54,574 nucleotides of DNA from Armatimonadota bacterium (lineage in GTDB: Bacteria; Sysuimicrobiota; Sysuimicrobiia; Sysuimicrobiales; Humicultoraceae): the NCBI GenBank assembly GCA_037443365.1, contig JBBIOM010000010.1:1-54574 (forward strand), written 5' to 3'. Each line of letters begins with the position of its first letter. Position 1 is the stretch's first letter. The position numbers and the translations under genes were made by a program. This document shows, one piece after another, positions 49,035 to 54,574 of the stretch. The notes under the pieces were generated by a model. That model saw only the letters and a list, made by a program, of their open reading frames with translations. It was not told where the DNA came from and ran no database searches.

Positions 49035-50831
49035 TCAGCGACCCAGGGCCGCGGGATCCGAGGGAGGCAGGCGCAGGTGCCACAGGGCCTGTGTGGCAAC
49101 GGCCTGGAAGACCGGCGCGGCCACTACGCCGCCGTAGTGATCGCCCCTGGCCACGTCGAGAACCACGAGCACCGCAAGACGCGGAGCCTGTGCGGGAACC
49201 AGGCCCACGAACGAGGCCACGTGCTGGTCGGGCATGTACCCGCCGCCGGGCGACGGCTTCTGGGCCGTGCCGGTCTTGCCGGCGATCCGGTATCCCTCGA
49301 CCTGCGCCGACGTCCCGGTGCCGTTCTGCACCACGCCCTCCATCATGCCCAGGACCGTGCGGACAACCTCGGGCGAAGCCGCCTGGCGCCCGATCTCAGG
49401 CCCCGCCACCATGACCATGCGGCCCTGTGGATCGCGCACCGCGCGCATCACGTGCGGGCGAACCAGGCGCCCTTCGTTGCCCAGGGCCGATGCGGCCACG
49501 AGCAGCTGCAGGGGTGTCACCGAGATCCCCTGGCCGAAGCCGATGGTCTCAAGACCGGGACCCAGCCACTGCGCCGGCAGCGGCACCAGGCCGGCGATCT
49601 CCCCGGGCAGATCCACTCCGGTCGGAGCACCGAATCCGAAGCGGCGGATCGCCTCGTGGTAGCGCTCCTTGCCCAGGCGCCGAGCCACCATGGCCGCGCC
49701 CACGTTCGACGATTGGCGTATGATGTCGCCCAGCGTCTGCCTGGGAAACTTGCGCCCGCGGGCCTCCCTGATCACGTGGCCGCCGGCCACCCTCAGCTCG
49801 CCGTTGCTCGTGAACGCCTCCTGGGTGGTCACCGCGCCTGCTTCGAGCGCGGCCGCCGCCAGGAAGATCTTGAACGTAGACCCCGGCTCATAGGCGGCCG
49901 AGATGGCGCGGTTCGCCAGCACGGACCTCTCGGCGAGGCCCACGGAGTTGGGGTCGTAGCGCGGATGCGTGGCCAGGGCCAGTAGTTCGCCGGACCTGGG
50001 ATCCATGACGAGGACGACGCCTGAAGCCGCGCGCGCGGAGGTCACTGCCCGGTCGAGCTCGCGTTCGGCGATGTGTTGGATCACCTGGTCTATCGTGAGC
50101 ATCACGTCGGCGCCCGGAGCCGGCTCGCGCACGACGACGCGCGTGTCGAAGCGCGGGCGGCCGATGGCGTCACGCTCGATGCGGGCGGACCCGGGCCGCC
50201 CCCGCAGCGTGCCCTCAAACGCCAGCTCCGCGCCCTCCAGGCCCTGGTTGTCAACGCCGGCGAAGCCGATCACGTGCGCGGCAAGCGTGCCGTTTGGGTA
50301 GCTACGCTTGGGCTCGGTGAGGAAGCCTATCTGGTCGCCGAGCCCCAGGGCGCGCAGTGACGCGGTCACCTCGGGGGAAGCCCTACGGGCCAGCCAAGCG
50401 AAGTGCCGGTCGGGAGCCATCCTTCCGGCTAGATCGGCGGGCTGCTGTCCCACCACCGGCGCAACGGCGCGCACGAACGCCTTTCTGTCGGGTATCTTGG
50501 ACGGAATGGCGAAGGCCGAGTCTGCGGCGACGTTTGTGGCCAGCGGTCGGCCGATGCGGTCAAGCAGGCGGCCGCGGTTGGCCTCTATCGTCACAACGCC
50601 GAGCTGCTGGCGCTGTGCGATCGCCTCCAGCGCGGAGGCCTGCACCACGTGCAGCAGGACCAGACGCGCGCCGAGCCCGGCCAGCGCGATCCACAGCAGT
50701 GCGAACAGCAGCGTCGTGCGCAGGCGGATCAGGCGGGAGTGCTCAAGCTCGGCCTCGGCCGCCCGGATAGGCGACCGCCGCCCGGGTGGGGAGCCCCGCC
50801 CGGGCGGGCGGCGACGGCGCGAAGAGGTCAT
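49035..50831 (-). CDS. ftsI: Class B penicillin-binding protein (FtsI/SpoVD family)
   Basis: RG.L.DR, EPGSTFK, SSN, KTGT. Start overlaps the ftsL stop. Confidence 0.93.
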   Translation of the reverse strand: MTSSRRRRPPGRGSPPGRRSPIRAAEAELEHSRLIRLRTTLLFALLWIALAGLGARLVLLHVVQASALEAIAQRQQLGVVTIEANRGRLLDRIGRPLATNVAADSAFAIPSKIPDRKAFVRAVAPVVGQQPADLAGRMAPDRHFAWLARRASPEVTASLRALGLGDQIGFLTEPKRSYPNGTLAAHVIGFAGVDNQGLEGAELAFEGTLRGRPGSARIERDAIGRPRFDTRVVVREPAPGADVMLTIDQVIQHIAERELDRAVTSARAASGVVLVMDPRSGELLALATHPRYDPNSVGLAERSVLANRAISAAYEPGSTFKIFLAAAALEAGAVTTQEAFTSNGELRVAGGHVIREARGRKFPRQTLGDIIRQSSNVGAAMVARRLGKERYHEAIRRFGFGAPTGVDLPGEIAGLVPLPAQWLGPGLETIGFGQGISVTPLQLLVAASALGNEGRLVRPHVMRAVRDPQGRMVMVAGPEIGRQAASPEVVRTVLGMMEGVVQNGTGTSAQVEGYRIAGKTGTAQKPSPGGGYMPDQHVASFVGLVPAQAPRLAVLVVLDVARGDHYGGVVAAPVFQAVATQALWHLRLPPSDPAALGR

Positions 50832-51295
50832 CGCCCTCGCTCTCGGGCCTCGGCCTCGCTCCTCCCAAGCCACGCCGTGAGCTGACGAAGGGCTCCACGG
50901 CGCTCGGCGGGCACCTCAACTTGCGCGATGGCCGGCCCGGCGGTGATGGCGGCGAGCTGGTGATGGCGGGGCGGCGCCATTCCCAGCTCCGTCGTGGCGT
51001 AGTGCTCGATGCGCTGCGGCGATTTCAGGGCCGATGCGAGCGAGGACAGGCGCGCGTTCTCCGCGCGCAGGTGGGTGAGATCGCGCTGCAGCCGCAGGAT
51101 CGTGTAGCCCGCCTCTGCGCGGTGAGTGCGCTGCGAGACATAGAGCAGGGCGGGCAGGGTGAGTAGGACCGCCACCACCATCGCGCCGGCCATCGGGTGC
51201 AACCGAGAGCGGCGATGGGCCACGGGCTCCCCGCGCGCGAGCCGCTCGGGGAGCCACACCGGGAAGAATCTCGTGCGTCGGTCCGCGGCGATCAT
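50828..51295 (-). CDS. ftsL: Cell division protein FtsL
   Basis: Single TM, coiled coil, L.SP.RIE..A...LGM; lies between rsmH and ftsI. Confidence 0.88.
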   Translation of the reverse strand: MIAADRRTRFFPVWLPERLARGEPVAHRRSRLHPMAGAMVVAVLLTLPALLYVSQRTHRAEAGYTILRLQRDLTHLRAENARLSSLASALKSPQRIEHYATTELGMAPPRHHQLAAITAGPAIAQVEVPAERRGALRQLTAWLGRSEAEARERGR

Positions 51296-52377
51296 GAGCA
51301 GGGCCTCGCCCGCGAACTCGCGGAAGATCGGCGCCGGAAGCCGGGTGCCGGAGGGAGGACGTCAGGCACGACGGAGGGGAGGGTGGTGTCAGCGCTGTAA
51401 TGCCCGGCTTCCGACGCACGCTCTGTCATGTCGGTCACGCGCTCTGCCACGCGCAGCTTGGCGCTGCGCGCCCGGGGATTTGCCGCGATCTCGCCCGGCG
51501 ATGGGTTGATGGGCCGCCGCGTCAGTACGCGCAGGAGGCGACGGCCGTTGCAGACGCACTGGGGGCTCCCGGGAGGACAGGTGCAATCACGGGAGAGGCG
51601 GAGGAAGGCGTGCTTCACGATGCGGTCTTCCAGGGAGTGGAAGGTGATAACGCAGAGTCGCCCACCCCCCCGGAGAGCCCCCACTGCCTCTGGGAGCGCC
51701 TGCTCGAGCGCTTCCAGCTCGCGGTTGGTGGCGATGCGCAGGGCCTGGAAGGTGCGCGTCGCCGGATGCAATCCCCGAGGCCAGGCGCGGCGCGGGATGG
51801 CCGCGCCGACCACGGATGCCAGTTCTTCGGTCGTGCCAAGTGGTCGGCGCGCCGCGATCGCGCGCGCGATCCGACGCGCCCACCGCTCCTCGCCGTACGC
51901 CCAGATGATCCTGCGCAGCTCGTCCTCGGGCGCCGAGTTGACCAGGTCGGCGGCGCGAAGCGGCTGCGTCCGGTCCATCCGCATGTCGAGCGGTCCGGGC
52001 CGGGCGAAGCTGAACCCGCGGCTTGGATCTTCCAGTTGCAGCGACGACGCTCCCAGGTCCATGACGATGCCGTCCACCGCTTCGAGTTCGGCTTCCGCCA
52101 CAACTGCGCGTATCGCCGAGTAGTTCGCGTGCCGCAGTGCTACTGCCGCTCCGTAGCGAGCCAGCCGCCGTCGCGCAACCGCCAGCGCCTCGGCGTCGCG
52201 GTCTATCCCTATCAGCCGCCCGGTCGGCGCGATCCGCTCCAGGATCGCCTCCGCGTGCCCGCCGGCGCCCACCGTGGCATCCACGTACGCGCCGCCTGGC
52301 CGCGGCCGCAGCCAGGAGAGAACCTCGTCGAGCATCACCGGGACGTGCCCGGCCGCTCCCGCCTCGACCCCGGCTAT
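51292..52377 (-). CDS. rsmH: 16S rRNA m4C1402 methyltransferase (MraW)
   Basis: HVPVM, DATVGAGGH, DLGASS.QL, LDMRMD, HPATRTFQALRI, FHSLEDRIVK, RSAKLR. Start uncertain (ATA 52377, GTG 52338 or ATG 52335). Confidence 0.93.
   Translation of the reverse strand: MAGVEAGAAGHVPVMLDEVLSWLRPRPGGAYVDATVGAGGHAEAILERIAPTGRLIGIDRDAEALAVARRRLARYGAAVALRHANYSAIRAVVAEAELEAVDGIVMDLGASSLQLEDPSRGFSFARPGPLDMRMDRTQPLRAADLVNSAPEDELRRIIWAYGEERWARRIARAIAARRPLGTTEELASVVGAAIPRRAWPRGLHPATRTFQALRIATNRELEALEQALPEAVGALRGGGRLCVITFHSLEDRIVKHAFLRLSRDCTCPPGSPQCVCNGRRLLRVLTRRPINPSPGEIAANPRARSAKLRVAERVTDMTERASEAGHYSADTTLPSVVPDVLPPAPGFRRRSSASSRARPCS
51331..51417 (-). ncRNA. Candidate structured cis-RNA with two C-rich loops
   Basis: 15-bp closing stem with one G.U pair on the minus strand, enclosing two CUGAC..CCUCCC(C)UCCG units. 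Confidence 0.45.
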
Positions 52378-52796
52378 ATTCGCAACTCCTCGATCTGCTC
52401 CGCGATCTGCGGAGCCGACAGCTTCGCCTTCTCGATGTAGGACTGCCAGGCGGCGTAGTTCCAGATCTCGAGCCGGCTGATCAGCCCCACAACAACGACC
52501 TCGCGCTCGATCCCCGCGTGCTGCCGCAGGTGCAGGGGGAGGGTTATCCTTCCCTGGCGATCGAGATCGATGTCCACTGCCCCGGCGAGCAGGAAGCGCA
52601 TGACGTCGCGTTCCTTCCTGGGGAGCGACAGCAGCGCGTCGGCGACCTTCGCCCACTCGTCGGGCGAGTAGACGCATACGCAGGGATCCAATCCGCGCGT
52701 GGCCACGACCTGATCGCCCAGGGCGCGCCTGAACCTGGGGGGGATCACCACTCGCCCCTTGTCGTCCAGCGCGTATTGGAACTCACCCTTGAGCAT
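52374..52796 (-). CDS. mraZ: dcw cluster transcriptional regulator MraZ
   Basis: Two DxxGR repeats (LDDKGRVVIP, LDRQGRITLP), GLD.C, EIW. Confidence 0.95.
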   Translation of the reverse strand: MLKGEFQYALDDKGRVVIPPRFRRALGDQVVATRGLDPCVCVYSPDEWAKVADALLSLPRKERDVMRFLLAGAVDIDLDRQGRITLPLHLRQHAGIEREVVVVGLISRLEIWNYAAWQSYIEKAKLSAPQIAEQIEELRI

Positions 52797-52842
52797 CCCC
52801 ACATCTCCCCACTCTTCCCCCCGCTATTCTCCATGTTCCCAC
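52797..52842 (-). promoter_or_regulatory. Probable MraZ operator repeats
   Basis: GTGGGG at 52797 and 52807, GGGGGG at 52817 and GTGGGA at 52837, all in 10-bp phase, resembling known MraZ direct repeats. Confidence 0.65.
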
Positions 52843-52852
52843 AAACTCCTTC
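52826..52852 (-). promoter_or_regulatory. sigmaH-like promoter upstream of mraZ
   Basis: GAAGGAGTT-11 nt-GGAGAAT. Confidence 0.7.
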
Positions 52853-52942
52853 TGCTAGACCAAGATTCTTGAAAGAAATCCCAGAAGGCCAGCGGCCAGA
52901 AGCCCGATTGGATGCGGCCTCCCGCCCACGCCTCCGGCAGGG

Positions 52943-52989
52943 CGCACAGATGTGGTGGCAGCAAGCCGCCGGCCTCCCACATCTTGTGG
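52943..52989. promoter_or_regulatory. Candidate tandem NrdR boxes upstream of the dcw cluster
   Basis: cgcacAgATgTgGtgg (52943-52958) and ctcCcAcATcTTGtgg (52974-52989), 31 bp apart. Confidence 0.5.
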
Positions 52990-53017
52990 GAGTCCGGCTC
53001 ATGCAGAGGGGGCAGTA

Positions 53018-53776
53018 CTACGCCCGCCGGTTAGTGGGTCGTCGCCTCACGCGCGGCGACGTCGGCGCAAGGGCGTCATGATCACGCGCCCGCTCGCCCA
53101 GGACGCTGCCCAGGCAATCGCGCAGCTCCAGCGCATCTTCGATCTGCTGGCGCAGCGACTGCGCCCCGGGCTCAGCCGCGATGTCAGGCGACGGGTGCGT
53201 CACAAGCAAGATGCCGCCGTCCGGCAGGATCTCAACCATGAAGGCCATGGACGTGAGCAAACGGGCAGGGCCGAGCCGTGCCACGATCTCAGGCCCGAAG
53301 AAACTGGCCCAGCCCAGGTGCACCAGAGCGGGCGCGCCCCGCGCGCGGGACGGCGCCGCAGAATCGTCAAGCCCCACCGTGCCCCACGGCGCTTCCAGGA
53401 ACAGATAGAGCCCTTTGCAGACTCCCAGCACCTGCTCGATTTCCTTGCTCGTCGCCAACGCCTCGCGCGGTATGGTCAGCGTGACCGTGGTGGGACGAGA
53501 CCTGGGAACCTCGCTGACGGAAAGGGCCAGCACCGGCCGCGCGATGCCTTCGCAGACACGCAGGAACGTGCTCTGCGTGCCCCCCTCCTCCGCGTCGTCC
53601 ACAAGCCGTACCGGCCGCGCGGGCACGATCCGCCGCAGGCTGTCTTCCGGCATGCGGCGCACAAGGTGAGGCTCATAGGCCCCTCCCTGAGCCACAAGCG
53701 TGTCCAGAATCGCCCTCACGGTGCCTGGCCGGAAAGGATGGTCCACCAGGAAGCGCGCAACAACCTGCCCTCCCAT
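53018..53776 (-). CDS. Hypothetical protein, possibly immunity-protein-like
   Basis: Start MGGQ after a GGGGTGAGG SD; C-terminal LGW..FFG...V..LG..RL.....VE.LPDGG.LL pattern. Confidence 0.65.
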   Translation of the reverse strand: MGGQVVARFLVDHPFRPGTVRAILDTLVAQGGAYEPHLVRRMPEDSLRRIVPARPVRLVDDAEEGGTQSTFLRVCEGIARPVLALSVSEVPRSRPTTVTLTIPREALATSKEIEQVLGVCKGLYLFLEAPWGTVGLDDSAAPSRARGAPALVHLGWASFFGPEIVARLGPARLLTSMAFMVEILPDGGILLVTHPSPDIAAEPGAQSLRQQIEDALELRDCLGSVLGERARDHDALAPTSPRVRRRPTNRRA

Positions 53777-53852
53777 CTTCCTCACCCCTGTGATTGAACC
53801 GCTGCTGCTCAGGATGAGTCGGATGGTACGAGGGGTCTCTCTCGCCGGGCTC

Positions 53853-54572
53853 TCACGAAGCGCGCGTGGGGGCAGCCAGTTCTCGCGCACGCCCGTGACG
53901 TTCCCATGCCGCCAGAATCTCTCGGTTGAGCGGGACGTCCTTCCTGAGGCGCACCTGCTGGGCCCGCGACAGCGTCGCGGCCTGGGCATCGATGAACTCG
54001 ACTGCCCGCCCCAGGAATGCCAGACAGGGCTCGAGACCAGATTTCTCCAGTATCAGGAAGTGATGCCAGAACAAGCGCTGGGGCTGCAGGTTGGCATGGC
54101 CGATATCGGCCAGGAGCCGCAGCGCCTCGTTTGAGATGTCAAGCGCGCGGCCAGTATCTCCCATCCCGAAGTATGCCGTAGCAAGGTGGCTCAGGGTGTC
54201 CGGAAGCATGAGGCGTTCGCCAAGCCGGACCTGGATGTCCCGCGCCCGCTCCAGATCTGCAACGGCCTGTTGGTAGTCTTTCCGCAGAAGCGCTATTACG
54301 CCACGCTTGGTGAAGGATTCGAGAAAGGGGCCGTAGGGATCCCCCTGGCGGCCCTCGAGCTCGAAGAGCCGGAGGACGTCATCTACCAGGCCCTCGGCCG
54401 CATCGGCGTTGTAGTGGTCCAGGTGCAGTTGGGCCTGAGAGTCCTTGCAGACCGCAATCAGAATGCGGCTGCCCTGAGTGATGGGCATCTCCAGCGCCCT
54501 CCTGGACGCATCCCACGCCCAGCGGTAGTTGCCTATCTGGCGCCCGACGCTGTTGGCTATCTCGTTGAGGCA
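53853..54572 (-). CDS. TPR-containing protein, C-terminal part (5' end outside window)
   Basis: Frame is open to the window edge; TPR-like helices (YQQAVADLERARDI, TLSHLATAYFGMGD..RAL). Confidence 0.7.
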   Translation of the reverse strand, partial: CLNEIANSVGRQIGNYRWAWDASRRALEMPITQGSRILIAVCKDSQAQLHLDHYNADAAEGLVDDVLRLFELEGRQGDPYGPFLESFTKRGVIALLRKDYQQAVADLERARDIQVRLGERLMLPDTLSHLATAYFGMGDTGRALDISNEALRLLADIGHANLQPQRLFWHHFLILEKSGLEPCLAFLGRAVEFIDAQAATLSRAQQVRLRKDVPLNREILAAWERHGRARELAAPTRAS

Positions 54573-54574
54573 GG

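Noticed and set aside
46898-49414. Long plus-strand ORFs (838 aa here; also 8070-10010, 10377-12269, 24905-26533 and others)
   Set aside because: Antisense shadows of conserved genes, expected at high GC where stops are rare; Arg/Ala/Pro-rich with no motifs.

Overview
High-GC bacterial core-genome window, almost all on the minus strand. In transcription order (right to left): partial TPR protein, hypothetical protein, dcw cluster (mraZ-rsmH-ftsL-ftsI-murE-murF-mraY-murD-ftsW-murG-murC-murB-ftsQ-ftsA-ftsZ), M50 protease, NatB-like permease, nrdR-nrdJ, phnDCE, yggS-sepF-mtnA-GT2 (convergent GT4), T-box-ileS, DksA-like-lspA-lgt-rluD-pyrR (convergent rqcH), yicC-remA-cmk(archaeal type)-priA-def-fmt-Zn peptidase-rsmB-rlmN-PASTA kinase-rpe-HDAC-rpsA-tRNA-Pro. 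The order follows the Bacillus/Clostridia dcw-to-rpe region with losses and replacements. A non-sporulating high-GC terrabacterium (e.g. Armatimonadota-related) is a guess only. No CRISPR, transposase or phage genes were seen. Best signals: (1) a sigmaH-like promoter motif upstream of eight transcription units; (2) tandem NrdR-like boxes upstream of the dcw operon as well as nrdR-nrdJ; (3) a candidate structured RNA with two C-rich loops between rsmH and ftsL; (4) enzymes with altered signatures (IleRS2 GIHH, MurD2-like MurD, Lgt, PriA); (5) an archaeal-type cytidylate kinase in the gmk position. All calls come from manual motif reading; no searches were run.
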